Below, piece by piece: positions 1-17,305 of a DNA stretch of 64,000 nt; position 1 is the stretch's first letter; each line of letters opens with the position of its first letter. The notes under the pieces were generated by a model. That model was not told the DNA's origin and did not search any database. It worked only from the letters and a program-made list of their open reading frames with translations. A program made the position numbers and the translations under genes. Source of the DNA: an uncultured Porphyromonadaceae bacterium (GTDB lineage Bacteria; Bacteroidota; Bacteroidia; Bacteroidales; Muribaculaceae); NCBI GenBank assembly GCA_937969265.1, contig CALBWF010000043.1, forward strand, positions 830 through 64,829, given 5' to 3'.

Positions 1-620
1 TTATGGAGCTCATGGACGCTGTTGACAACTGGATTCCCCTGCCTCCCCGCGACATCGACAAACCCTTCCTGATGCCTGTCGAGGACGTGTTCTCGATCAC
101 CGGCCGCGGCACCGTCGCTACCGGCCGTATCGAAACCGGTATCGTGAAGGTTGGTGACGAAGTTCAGATCATGGGTCTGGGCGCCGACATGAAGTCGACC
201 GTTACCGGCGTCGAGATGTTCCGCAAGCTCCTTGACCAGGGCGAAGCCGGCGACAACGTTGGTCTGCTTCTCCGCGGTATCGACAAGAAGGAAATCAAGC
301 GCGGTATGGTAATCTGCCACCCGGGTGTCGTTAAGCCCCACTCGAAGTTCAAGGCTTCCGTCTACATCCTGAAGAAGGAAGAGGGCGGCCGTCACACTCC
401 GTTCCACAACCACTACCGTCCCCAGTTCTACATCCGCACCCTCGACGTGACCGGTGAAATCACCCTCCCCGAAGGCGTAGAAATGGTAATGCCCGGCGAC
501 CACGTTGAGATCATCGTCGACCTCATCACTCCGGTAGCATGCGACCAGGGCCTGCGTTTCGCCATCCGTGAAGGCGGCCGCACCGTTGGTTCCGGTCAGA
601 TCACCGAAATCCTCGACTAA
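1..620 (+). CDS. tuf: Elongation factor Tu, C-terminal ~205 aa (5' end outside window)
   Basis: ORF open to the left edge. EF-Tu domain II/III motifs ([40 protein letters not shown]). Canonical tuf/tRNA-Trp/secE/nusG synteny. Confidence 0.97.
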   Translation, partial: MELMDAVDNWIPLPPRDIDKPFLMPVEDVFSITGRGTVATGRIETGIVKVGDEVQIMGLGADMKSTVTGVEMFRKLLDQGEAGDNVGLLLRGIDKKEIKRGMVICHPGVVKPHSKFKASVYILKKEEGGRHTPFHNHYRPQFYIRTLDVTGEITLPEGVEMVMPGDHVEIIVDLITPVACDQGLRFAIREGGRTVGSGQITEILD

Positions 621-680
621 TCCTCAGAGATTAGGCGAAGGGGAGCGCGGCGCGAGCCGCCCGCCCCGATAAACCACAAA

Positions 681-718
681 AGCGCCGGCCCCGGATGCCG
701 GACAAGCCGGCGCTTTTA
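681..718 (+). terminator. Rho-independent terminator after tuf
   Basis: Stem AGCGCCGGC / GCCGGCGCT with a 16-nt loop, followed by TTTT. Confidence 0.6.
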
Positions 719-723
719 TCCAT

Positions 724-799
724 ACGGGTTTAGCTCAGTTGGTAGAGCACTGGTCTCCAAAACCAGGTGTCGGGAGTTCGAGTCTCTCAACCCGTGCCA
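724..799 (+). tRNA. tRNA-Trp (anticodon CCA), genomically encoded 3' CCA included
   Basis: Hand-folded cloverleaf. Acceptor ACGGGTT/AACCCGT, D arm GCTC..GAGC, anticodon stem CTGGT/ACCAG with loop CTCCAAA, T arm GGGAG TTCGAGT CTCTC, discriminator G. Expected position between tuf and secE. Confidence 0.93.
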
Positions 800-810
800 A
801 AAGAACACTG

Positions 811-1011
811 ATGAAAAAACTCAAATTACTCACGAACATAGAGGAGGCCTACGACGAGCTTCGTTACAAGACCTCCTGGCCCACAAGGACTCAGCTAATC
901 AAGAGCGCTTGCATCGTGATGCTTGCTTCCGTTATTATCGCCCTGATAATATTTATCATGGATCAAGTGGTCGACGCGCTGATGCACCTTATCTATAGTC
1001 TCGGAAACTAA
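811..1011 (+). CDS. secE: Preprotein translocase subunit SecE (66 aa)
   Basis: Internal ATG of ORF 739..1011, chosen because the upstream part overlaps the tRNA. Single C-terminal TM helix (ACIVMLASVIIALIIFIM). Position directly upstream of nusG. Confidence 0.88.
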   Translation: MKKLKLLTNIEEAYDELRYKTSWPTRTQLIKSACIVMLASVIIALIIFIMDQVVDALMHLIYSLGN

Positions 1012-1043
1012 CCCCGTTCGTAAGCGGAAGAAGCTAAAAAGAC

Positions 1044-1616
1044 ATGGCAGAAGAAATCGCAAAACATTCGGCTCCTCGTCGGGCCTGGTACGTCCTGCGT
1101 GCCATTTCCGGCAAGGAGGCAAAGGTTAAGGAACTCCTCGACGGTGCGATCAAGAACACCGACCTGGGGAACCACGTTTTCCAAGTCCTGATTCCGACCG
1201 AGAAAGTTCTGACTGTCAAGAACGGCAAGAAGGTAGTCAAGGAGAGAAACCTCTACTCCGGCTACGTTTTCGTCGAGGCAGAACTCGTGGGGGAAGTGGT
1301 TCACGAGCTCACAAACACCACCAACGTTATCGACTTCCTGAAAGGACGCGGCAAGGACGCCAAGCCCGAACCGCTGCGCGAGAGCGAGGTGATGCGCATG
1401 CTCGGTACCGCCGACGACATCAACGAGAGTCTTGAGGAAGGCACCAACGACTACCTGGTCGGAGAGACCGTCAAAGTCATCTCCGGGGCCTTCGCCGGGT
1501 TCAACGGCAAAATCAGCGAGGTCTTCCCTGAGAAGAAGAAGCTGAAGGTGACCGTCAAAATCTTCGGCAGAGAGACTCCGATGGAGCTCGAAAACTCACA
1601 GGTCGAGAGGGAATAA
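1044..1616 (+). CDS. nusG: Transcription termination/antitermination factor NusG
   Basis: NGN start WYVLRAISGKE and KOW motif GETVKVISGAFAGFNGKISEV. Synteny. Confidence 0.96.
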   Translation: MAEEIAKHSAPRRAWYVLRAISGKEAKVKELLDGAIKNTDLGNHVFQVLIPTEKVLTVKNGKKVVKERNLYSGYVFVEAELVGEVVHELTNTTNVIDFLKGRGKDAKPEPLRESEVMRMLGTADDINESLEEGTNDYLVGETVKVISGAFAGFNGKISEVFPEKKKLKVTVKIFGRETPMELENSQVERE

Positions 1617-1832
1617 TTCCGAAAGGAACGCTTCCCCGCCGGCAGGTGGGATTTTTTCGTTATGTTCGCTGGGTCGTTTGACCCGCTATGCGCTTTGCCG
1701 GAGGGCAGGGCCCGAAGTCACGGGAGTTTCCAGGCTCCCGGAGCGCTGAAGGCCCGCGGTCGGTTACGCGGCCGAAAAGACGCCCGCATCACGGATAGGC
1801 GCGTTTCGTTAATCAAATAAACTTTTGAAACA

Positions 1833-2276
1833 ATGGCAAAAGAAGTTGCTGGACAGATCAAATTGCAGATTAAGGGCGGTGCCGCGAACCCCTCGCCCCC
1901 AGTAGGACCCGCGCTGGGTTCCAAGGGCATCAACATCATGGAGTTCTGCAAGCAGTTTAACGCCCGTACCCAAGACAAAGCCGGTAAAGTTCTCCCTGTA
2001 ATAATCACTTATTACACCGACAAGAGCTTCGACTTCATCGTCAAGACTCCCCCGGTGGCCATCCAGTTGATGGAAGCGGCGAAAATCAAGAAAGGCTCGG
2101 CCCAGCCGAACCGTCAGAAAGTCGCCGAACTCACCTGGGACCAGGTTAAGACGATCGCTACCGACAAGATGCCCGATTTGAACTGCTTCACCGTTGAATC
2201 GGCCATGCGCATGGTGGCAGGTACCGCCCGCAGCATGGGTATCACCGTTAAAGGGGCTTTCCCCGAGAATGTCTAA
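1833..2276 (+). CDS. rplK: 50S ribosomal protein L11
   Basis: [29 protein letters not shown] signature. Synteny. Confidence 0.98.
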   Translation: MAKEVAGQIKLQIKGGAANPSPPVGPALGSKGINIMEFCKQFNARTQDKAGKVLPVIITYYTDKSFDFIVKTPPVAIQLMEAAKIKKGSAQPNRQKVAELTWDQVKTIATDKMPDLNCFTVESAMRMVAGTARSMGITVKGAFPENV

Positions 2277-2295
2277 CCCGTAAACTTCAAGAACA

Positions 2296-2991
2296 ATGGC
2301 AAAACTGACAAAGAACCAGAAGTTAGCTTTATCCAAGATTGAAGTAGGGAAGGCATATCCCCTGCTGGAAGCCGCCGAGAAGGTCAAAGAGACAAACTAC
2401 GCCAAGTTCGACGCTTCGTTCGACATTGACGTACGCCTGGGTGTCGACCCCCGCAAGGCCAACCAGATGGTCCGCGGCGTCGTTACGCTCCCCCACGGAA
2501 CCGGCAAGCAGGTGCGCGTGCTGGTGCTCTGCACCGCCGACGCCGAGGCAGCCGCCAAGGCAGCCGGTGCCGACTATGTAGGTCTCGACGAGTACATCGA
2601 GAAGATCAAGGGCGGATGGACCGACATCGACGTCATCATCACCCAGCCCGCGATCATGGGTAAGATCGGTGCCCTGGGCCGTATCCTCGGTCCCCGCGGC
2701 CTGATGCCTAACCCCAAGAGCGGCACAGTGACCGTCGACGTCGCCAAGGCTGTCGAGGAGGTGAAGAAGGGTAAGATTGACTTCAAGGTCGACAAGAACG
2801 GTATCGTTCACACTTCGATCGGCAAGGTATCCTTCACTCCCCAGCAGATGAAAGAAAACGCCCGCGAGTTCATCAACACTCTGATCAAGCTGAAGCCCGC
2901 CACGGCCAAAGGCACCTACCTCAAGAGCATTTATCTTTCGTCCACCATGGGCCCCGGCATCAAGGTTGACTCCAAGACCATCGACGACTAA
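2296..2991 (+). CDS. rplA: 50S ribosomal protein L1
   Basis: L1 family sequence ([23 protein letters not shown]). Synteny. Confidence 0.98.
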   Translation: MAKLTKNQKLALSKIEVGKAYPLLEAAEKVKETNYAKFDASFDIDVRLGVDPRKANQMVRGVVTLPHGTGKQVRVLVLCTADAEAAAKAAGADYVGLDEYIEKIKGGWTDIDVIITQPAIMGKIGALGRILGPRGLMPNPKSGTVTVDVAKAVEEVKKGKIDFKVDKNGIVHTSIGKVSFTPQQMKENAREFINTLIKLKPATAKGTYLKSIYLSSTMGPGIKVDSKTIDD

Positions 2992-3012
2992 CCCCTTTCA
3001 GACCGAACCACA

Positions 3013-3537
3013 ATGAAAAAGGAAGATAAAGCCCTAATCATCGAAAAAATAGCGGAGACCATCAAAGAGTACTCCTGCTTCTACCTCGTGGAAACCGCCG
3101 GCCTGAACGCTGAAAAGACCTCGCAGCTCCGCCGCGAGTGCTTCAACAGCGACATCAAACTGATGGTGGTCAAGAACACCCTTCTCCACAAGGCGCTCGA
3201 ACAGCTCGAGGGAGACTACTCCGAGCTCTACGGCGCCCTGAAGGAGTCGACTTCTCTGATGTGCTGCAACACGGGTAACGCTCCCGCCAAGCTCCTCAAG
3301 AAGTTCCGCCAGAAGGACGACGTTCTCCCCCGCCTCAAGGCCGCGTATGTAGAGGAAACCGTCTACATGGGTGAGGACCAGCTCGAAGTTCTCTCGAACA
3401 TCAAGAGCAAGAACGAGCTCATCGCCGACGTCGTGGCTCTCCTGCAGTCCCCCGCCAAGAACGTTATCAGCGCTCTGCAGAGCGGCGGCAACACCATCCA
3501 CGGCATCCTCGAGACCCTCTCCAAGAAGGAGGCGTAA
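3013..3537 (+). CDS. rplJ: 50S ribosomal protein L10
   Basis: 174-aa ORF between rplA and rplL with L10-like sequence. Confidence 0.95.
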   Translation: MKKEDKALIIEKIAETIKEYSCFYLVETAGLNAEKTSQLRRECFNSDIKLMVVKNTLLHKALEQLEGDYSELYGALKESTSLMCCNTGNAPAKLLKKFRQKDDVLPRLKAAYVEETVYMGEDQLEVLSNIKSKNELIADVVALLQSPAKNVISALQSGGNTIHGILETLSKKEA

Positions 3538-3612
3538 GCCCCCGGAGGAGACCCTCCCGCTCTCTCCCGATTCAACTCACCAAAACAAAAACAACTACAA
3601 ATTCATACTACA

Positions 3613-3987
3613 ATGGCAGACATCAAAGCTCTTGCAGAATCTTTAGTTAACCTCACCGTCAAGGAAGTAAACGAACTCGCTACCATCCTCAAAGAGGAGT
3701 ACGGCATCGAACCCGCCGCAGCCGCAGTCGCTGTAGCAGCAGGTCCCGCCGCTGGCGCACCCGCCGCAGAAGAGAAGACCGCCTTCGACGTAGTCCTCAA
3801 GAACGCCGGCGCTTCCAAGCTCCAGGTTGTCAAGCTCGTCAAGGAGCTGACCGGTCTTGGCCTGAAGGAAGCCAAGGAAATGGTTGACGGCGCGCCCAGC
3901 GTCCTCAAGGAAGGCGTTGCCAAGGCTGAGGCTGAGGATCTCAAGAAGAAGCTCGAAGAGCAGGGCGCTGAGGTAGAGCTGAAATAA
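3613..3987 (+). CDS. rplL: 50S ribosomal protein L7/L12
   Basis: Ala-rich hinge ([20 protein letters not shown]) and C-terminal domain [19 protein letters not shown]. Confidence 0.98.
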   Translation: MADIKALAESLVNLTVKEVNELATILKEEYGIEPAAAAVAVAAGPAAGAPAAEEKTAFDVVLKNAGASKLQVVKLVKELTGLGLKEAKEMVDGAPSVLKEGVAKAEAEDLKKKLEEQGAEVELK

Positions 3988-4030
3988 GCATCCCCTCGCC
4001 AGGCACCCTCTTCTGCTTTGAAGAGAAAAC

Positions 4031-4069
4031 GGTTAAGCGACCGGGCTTGTCCCGGACGCTTAACCTTTT
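4031..4069 (+). terminator. Attenuator-type hairpin between rplL and rpoB
   Basis: Stem GGTTAAGCG / CGCTTAACC enclosing a second stem CCGGG/CCCGG, followed by TTTT. Same position as the known partial terminator in the enterobacterial rplKAJL-rpoBC cluster. Confidence 0.55.
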
Positions 4070-4195
4070 CCGTTTATAAAGCGGGGCGTTAACAAAGTTT
4101 CCGCAACTTTCCGAAAGTTTAAGAAACTTTAACGGCGCTTAACGGCCCGCGCCCCGCCAGAACAAACCGATAGCTATCAACAATTCATTTTATTG

Positions 4196-8008
<3,813 letters not shown>

Positions 8009-8035
8009 AACGCCTTTTCCGACGTTATATATAAC

Positions 8036-8076
8036 CCGCGGCCCCCGGAGGCGCGAAAGCCCCCTCCGGTCCGCGG
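8036..8076 (+). other. GC-rich stem-loop in the rpoB-rpoC spacer (no U-tract)
   Basis: CCGCGG..CCGGAGG-loop-CCTCCGG..CCGCGG nested stems, read directly from the sequence. Confidence 0.5.
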
Positions 8077-8110
8077 AAATCCTTAACAAAAACATCGACC
8101 AAAACAACAT

Positions 8111-12421
<4,311 letters not shown>

Positions 12422-12444
12422 ACCCCTCAGCCATCCCGATAACG

Positions 12445-12480
12445 AGAGCCGCGTCCACCCCCGACGCGGCTCTTTTTCTT
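12445..12480 (+). terminator. Rho-independent terminator after rpoC
   Basis: 11-bp stem AGAGCCGCGTC / GACGCGGCTCT followed by TTTTCTT. Confidence 0.75.
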
Positions 12481-12604
12481 GTACTAACCTGCGCTTCGGG
12501 ACCGCCTCCCCGGCGCTTCTGAGTGTCAATAACGCCCCGCCAGGGAAAAATCGCGTTTTTTTGCAAATTATCGCTTAAAAATGTTGCGGTTACGGAATTT
12601 TTCC

Positions 12605-12612
12605 TAACTTTG
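12605..12612 (+). promoter_or_regulatory. Bacteroidota -7 promoter box TAACTTTG
   Basis: Exact match to the TAnnTTTG consensus, 62 nt upstream of the ATG at 12674. Confidence 0.5.
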
Positions 12613-12673
12613 CGATTAGGAAGAAATATCCAATCCTTTTAACACCATACACATACCAATAACACTCAAAGCA

Positions 12674-12850
12674 ATGAAAAACTTAGTTGAAAAAGTTGCC
12701 GAGCTGAATGCGGCCTTCATGAAAGAAGCAATGGCACAGTTGGAGAACGGTAACAAGGCTGCCGGCACCCGCGCACGCAAGGTTTCCCTCGAACTGGAAA
12801 AAGCTATGAAGGAGTTCCGCAAGCTCTCCCTCGAAGCCGCCAAGAAATAA
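12674..12850 (+). CDS. Histone H1-like small basic protein (58 aa, below the ORF-track cutoff)
   Basis: Hand translation MKNLVEKVAELNAAFMKEAMAQLENGNKAAGTRARKVSLELEKAMKEFRKLSLEAAKK. Ala/Lys-rich helical protein typical of Bacteroidota 'histone H1' annotations. Has its own promoter box and a downstream hairpin. Confidence 0.75.
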   Translation: MKNLVEKVAELNAAFMKEAMAQLENGNKAAGTRARKVSLELEKAMKEFRKLSLEAAKK

Positions 12851-12913
12851 GCGCCGCCTCTTCCAAGACACACCTTCGCCCTCTCTCTTCCCTTCAATCT
12901 CTAAGCGCATTGT

Positions 12914-12958
12914 CACGCCCTGTGCCCCCGGCTCCGCTGGGCCGCATAGGCGTGTTTT
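12914..12958 (+). terminator. Putative terminator after the histone-like gene
   Basis: Stem CACGCC / GGCGTG around a GC-rich loop, followed by TTTT. Confidence 0.4.
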
Positions 12959-13010
12959 GCGATAGTGCCAATCAGACAATCCGATTATCCGAAATATAGA
13001 AACACAGCTT

Positions 13011-14699
13011 ATGGGAAGACACATACTCCTCATCACCCTCCTCGCGGCCGCGGCCGCCGCTTCCGCCGGACCCCTCGACAATTACAGGCCGACTGAAACC
13101 CCGCCTCAGGCCCCGGGTGAGACCGCTAAAAAGTGGCTCGCGGGCAGACGCACGACCTTTAACAATACTCTCACGACGAGAAACTACACATTCAACGAGA
13201 CCGGCTGCCCCGTCGGCTACAGGCAAATGATTTCCAACAACGGGACTTTGCAGTCGCAGACAGAGGAGCAAGTATTAACTTGGGACACCCTGGGACGTTG
13301 CACGAGCCGCTCTTATGACACTACCCAGTTGCAAGAATATGGCTATGACGAGTACGGAAGGGTTACCTCATACAAGCTTACGACATATCAGAGTACGGAC
13401 GGGAGCAAGGAAATTTCCAATGTGAGAACGGCGGAATACGCATATGACGAAACAGGCAATACGACGCTTAATGCCTCAAAAGTCGAGCGTTTCTTACCTC
13501 GGTATTCCGTCTATGGTTCCAAATGGGAGAGGACTACCGAGACATCCGCCGACGGCGTTCCCGTCACCACTACGGTCAATTACTCTTGGGACGCGGAAAC
13601 CGGAGGCTGGGTCCCTACCGACAAGTCGACATCAACGACAGCTACTGACGGCGACGTCAGAACCGGTACCATGTATGGCTATCGGTGGAACGCCGCGACA
13701 AGCGCCTGGGTGTCTGCCGGCAAGACCGTGACCAGATACCAGTCAGGGCTGATTCCCGGGGTTGACATGACGCTTATGGTCGGAAGCACCACATATGAGC
13801 TTGATGCCGAGGGTGCTGAGGTAGCTGTGACCCAGTCGCACACCGTGACCTTTACCCCGAATACTCTGAAAAACGGAGAATACGAGTATTCTGTTCATTT
13901 CTCGGTATTCAGCCTTGACGCGGAGGGAAAACGGGTCGAGTCTTACTCAGAAGACACGGTCAATAATTATGAGACCTATACCGATGACGAAGGTACTCCC
14001 CGCGTGTTTATGAATTTCATCAGTTTGGTCCGTAAAAACCGCGACAACGAGTCCGGCCAGATGTTCGTGACCTACAAATCGGTTGAAAACTTTTGCCGCT
14101 ATGGGACTTTGAACCGAGAGACTATTTCCTACCAGGGAGGGGACATATCTTTCAAAGCCCGTTTTGAAAGTGTCTATGACGAACTGGGACGCCAGACCGA
14201 GTCTCATTCATATAACGCTATGGGAGAAGAGGAATACATAGAGGGGAACCGCACCCTGACGGCATACCTGGATGACACCCGGGCCGTAGCGTCGCGCAAG
14301 GTGTGGCGCCGCTACACGACATCGGCCGGCGATGGTGACCTCGAACTAAGTGAGGATGTGGCATATGAGTATGACACATCGGTCGCCGGTGACGAGGTTG
14401 TGGCGCTTCCGGGCCAGATCGCGGCTTCTGACAACGTCTTCATGCTCACAAAGTCTGTATCGAGCTATCAGGGTTCTCCCCGGGAGGTCGTGGAATATAC
14501 CTACTTTGACCGCTCAGAGATGGTAGGCGTGGAGAATGTCGCCGCTGACCGCGAAGAGGGCGATGCCTCCCTCCCCGCCGAAATCTACACCCTCGGCGGC
14601 GTGAAAGTCGGCGAGTTCGCCTCCCCGCGTGACGCGGGCCTCCCCTCCGGCCTATACATCGAGCGCCGCGGCTCCTCCGCCCGCAAAGTCCGCCTGTAA
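13011..14699 (+). CDS. Secreted YD/RHS-repeat-like protein with T9SS C-terminal sorting domain (562 aa)
   Basis: Signal peptide MGRHILLITLLAAAAAASAG. YD-type motifs (YGYDEYGRVTSY, YAYDETGNTT, YDELGRQTESHSY). C-terminus IYTLGGVKVGEF...GLYIERRGSSARKVRL typical of Por/T9SS CTDs. Confidence 0.8.
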   Translation: MGRHILLITLLAAAAAASAGPLDNYRPTETPPQAPGETAKKWLAGRRTTFNNTLTTRNYTFNETGCPVGYRQMISNNGTLQSQTEEQVLTWDTLGRCTSRSYDTTQLQEYGYDEYGRVTSYKLTTYQSTDGSKEISNVRTAEYAYDETGNTTLNASKVERFLPRYSVYGSKWERTTETSADGVPVTTTVNYSWDAETGGWVPTDKSTSTTATDGDVRTGTMYGYRWNAATSAWVSAGKTVTRYQSGLIPGVDMTLMVGSTTYELDAEGAEVAVTQSHTVTFTPNTLKNGEYEYSVHFSVFSLDAEGKRVESYSEDTVNNYETYTDDEGTPRVFMNFISLVRKNRDNESGQMFVTYKSVENFCRYGTLNRETISYQGGDISFKARFESVYDELGRQTESHSYNAMGEEEYIEGNRTLTAYLDDTRAVASRKVWRRYTTSAGDGDLELSEDVAYEYDTSVAGDEVVALPGQIAASDNVFMLTKSVSSYQGSPREVVEYTYFDRSEMVGVENVAADREEGDASLPAEIYTLGGVKVGEFASPRDAGLPSGLYIERRGSSARKVRL

Positions 14700-14718
14700 A
14701 CCTCTCCGACGTGTTAAG

Positions 14719-14753
14719 CAACGGCGGGATGTTTCGGCATCTCGCCGTTGTTT
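14719..14753 (+). terminator. Putative terminator after the YD-repeat gene
   Basis: 13-bp stem CAACGGCGGGATG / CATCTCGCCGTTG (one mismatch) followed by TTT. Confidence 0.5.
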
Positions 14754-14798
14754 CGCAAAAACCGGGGCGGGGAGGGGCGCTTTTTGGAGGGAATTTCG

Positions 14799-14806
14799 TA
14801 ACTTTG
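14799..14806 (+). promoter_or_regulatory. Bacteroidota -7 promoter box TAACTTTG
   Basis: Exact TAnnTTTG match, 35 nt upstream of the parE ATG. Confidence 0.5.
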
Positions 14807-14840
14807 CAATAGCCCGGCGGTGTCGGGCGTTTGACGCATT

Positions 14841-16838
14841 ATGCCAATGAGCGAGGAAACAAGACGCGACGACGACCTGCTGAGTGTCCGGGACGACGAG
14901 GACATGGAGCTGACGGAGCCGACCGGCTCCGCCGAATACGACGAGGAGGACATCAAGACCCTCTCGTGGAACGAGCATATACGCCTCCGCCCCGGTATGT
15001 ATATCGGTAAGTTAGGGGACGGTACTTACAACGATGACGGTATCTACGTGCTCCTCAAGGAGGTGCTCGACAACTCTATCGACGAATATATGATGGGGTT
15101 CGGCAACAAGATTACCGTCCAGGTCGAGGAAGGCACCGTCAGCGTGCGCGACTACGGCCGCGGCGTCCCCCTGGGAAAGATGATCGACGTCGCGTCGAAG
15201 ATGAACACCGGCGCTAAGTACGACAGCAAGGCGTTCAAGAAGTCGGTCGGCCTTAACGGCGTCGGTATCAAGGCCGTCAACGCCCTCAGCTCGCGGTTCG
15301 TGATCCAGAGCCACCGCGACGGGCTGACGCGCCGCGCCGAGTTCGCCCGCGGCGAGTTGGTCAGCGAGACGGAGGAGACGGCGACCGACGAGCCGAACGG
15401 CACGTTCGTAGAGTTCACGCCCGACAATACTGTTTTCCGCGACTACCGGTTCAATATGGAGTTCATCGTCACGCTCCTGAAGAACTACACCTACCTGAAC
15501 ACCGGGCTGGCGATCTATCTCAACGGAAAGCGCTACGTCTCGCGCAACGGTCTGCTCGACCTCCTGAAGGCCAACATGACCAAGGAACCGCTCTACGACA
15601 TAATCCATCTCAAGGGGGACGACATCGAAATCGCCCTGACCCACGCCAACCAGTACGGAGAGGAATACTACTCCTTCGTCAACGGCCAGCACACGACCCA
15701 GGGGGGCACCCACCTGGCGGCCTTCAAGGACTCCGTTTCAAGGACAATCAAGGAGTATTTCGCCAAGAATTTCGAATACACCGACATCCGCAACGGCATG
15801 ATCGCCGCGATCTCGATCAAGGTCGAGGAGCCGATTTTCGAATCGCAGACCAAAACGAAGCTCGGGTCGCGCGACATGGGGCCCGACGGCCCGACCGTCG
15901 CCAAGTTCATCAGCGACTTCCTCAAAAAGGAGCTTGACAACTACCTCCACAAAGACCTCGACACCGCCGAAATAATCCTGAAGAAAATCCAGGAGAGCGA
16001 GCGCGAGCGCAAGGCCATGGCGGGCGTGACGAAAATCGCCCGCGAGCGTGCCAAGAAGGTAAACCTCCACAACTCCAAACTCCGCGACTGCCGCATCCAC
16101 CTCAACGACCCCAAGGGGGACGAGGGGAAGAAGCTCGCCTCCTCGATTTTCATCACCGAGGGCGACTCCGCCTCCGGCTCCATAACGAAGATACGCGACG
16201 TCGAGACCCAGGCCGTCTTCTCCCTCCGCGGCAAGCCCCTCAACTCGTTCGGCCTCACCCGCAAGGTAGTCTACGAGAACGAGGAGTTCAACCTCCTCCA
16301 GGCAGCCCTCAACATCGAGGACGGCATCGACGGGCTGCGCTACAACAACGTCATTATCGCGACCGATGCCGATGTCGACGGCATGCACATACGTCTGCTG
16401 CTCCTTACCTTCTTCCTCCAGTTCTTCCCCGACCTGGTGAAGAAAGGGCACGTCTACGTCCTCCAGACCCCCCTCTTCCGCGTGCGCGACAAGAAGAGCA
16501 CCCGCCGCAAGGCCTCCGGCAAAGGGAAGAAAGCGGCCGAGGATGGAACCGACCAGCCCCGCGACGTCTACTACTGCTACAACGACCAGGAGCGCGTCGA
16601 TGCCATCGCCGCCTTCGGCGAGAACGCCGAGATAACCCGCTTCAAGGGCCTCGGAGAGATTTCGCCCGACGAGTTCCGCGGCTTCATCGGGCCCGATATG
16701 CGCCTCGACCGCGTCACCCTCCGCCGCGAGGACGCCGTCGGCGACCTCCTGGAGTTCTACATGGGCAAAAACACCGCCGACCGCCAGACCTTCATCATCG
16801 ACAACCTCGTCATCGAGGACGACTCCGAAATCAGTTGA
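14841..16838 (+). CDS. parE: DNA topoisomerase IV subunit B (type IIA topoisomerase ATPase/Toprim subunit)
   Basis: GHKL ATPase motifs ([23 protein letters not shown]) and Toprim motifs ([22 protein letters not shown]). The 665-aa length fits ParE rather than GyrB. Confidence 0.9.
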   Translation: MPMSEETRRDDDLLSVRDDEDMELTEPTGSAEYDEEDIKTLSWNEHIRLRPGMYIGKLGDGTYNDDGIYVLLKEVLDNSIDEYMMGFGNKITVQVEEGTVSVRDYGRGVPLGKMIDVASKMNTGAKYDSKAFKKSVGLNGVGIKAVNALSSRFVIQSHRDGLTRRAEFARGELVSETEETATDEPNGTFVEFTPDNTVFRDYRFNMEFIVTLLKNYTYLNTGLAIYLNGKRYVSRNGLLDLLKANMTKEPLYDIIHLKGDDIEIALTHANQYGEEYYSFVNGQHTTQGGTHLAAFKDSVSRTIKEYFAKNFEYTDIRNGMIAAISIKVEEPIFESQTKTKLGSRDMGPDGPTVAKFISDFLKKELDNYLHKDLDTAEIILKKIQESERERKAMAGVTKIARERAKKVNLHNSKLRDCRIHLNDPKGDEGKKLASSIFITEGDSASGSITKIRDVETQAVFSLRGKPLNSFGLTRKVVYENEEFNLLQAALNIEDGIDGLRYNNVIIATDADVDGMHIRLLLLTFFLQFFPDLVKKGHVYVLQTPLFRVRDKKSTRRKASGKGKKAAEDGTDQPRDVYYCYNDQERVDAIAAFGENAEITRFKGLGEISPDEFRGFIGPDMRLDRVTLRREDAVGDLLEFYMGKNTADRQTFIIDNLVIEDDSEIS

Positions 16839-16841
16839 CCT

Positions 16842-17282
16842 ATGGGAGAATGCGCGTTTTTCGGGGGGTCGTTCGACCCGTTCACGGTGGCCCACAAGTC
16901 GGTGGTCGACAGGGCGCTGCCGATGTTCTCCAGAATTGTTATAGGTATCGGAGTCAACCGGGCGAAGCGCCCCTGGCAGCCGGTCGAGGAGCGTCTTGAG
17001 GCGATCCGTCGGGTGTATGCCGGGGAGCCGAAGGTCGAGGTTGTGGTCTATGAGGACCTGACGGTAGACGCTGCCCGCCGCCACGGCGCGCGGTTCCTGC
17101 TCCGCGGGGCGCGCACGGTCGCCGATTTCGAGTATGAGCGCTCGCTGGCCGACATCAACCGCAACCTTTCGGGGCTGGAATCTGTTTTAATTTATACATT
17201 GCCCGAACACGCGGCAATCAGCTCTTCAATGGTGCGCGAGCTGGCGGCTTTCGGCCGCGACATCTCCCCCTATATTCCCTAA
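16842..17282 (+). CDS. coaD: Phosphopantetheine adenylyltransferase
   Basis: FGGSFDPFTVAHKSVV nucleotidyltransferase motif, ISSSMVRE motif, 146 aa. Confidence 0.93.
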   Translation: MGECAFFGGSFDPFTVAHKSVVDRALPMFSRIVIGIGVNRAKRPWQPVEERLEAIRRVYAGEPKVEVVVYEDLTVDAARRHGARFLLRGARTVADFEYERSLADINRNLSGLESVLIYTLPEHAAISSSMVRELAAFGRDISPYIP

Positions 17283-17305
17283 CGCGACAAGACACACGCA
17301 CGACA

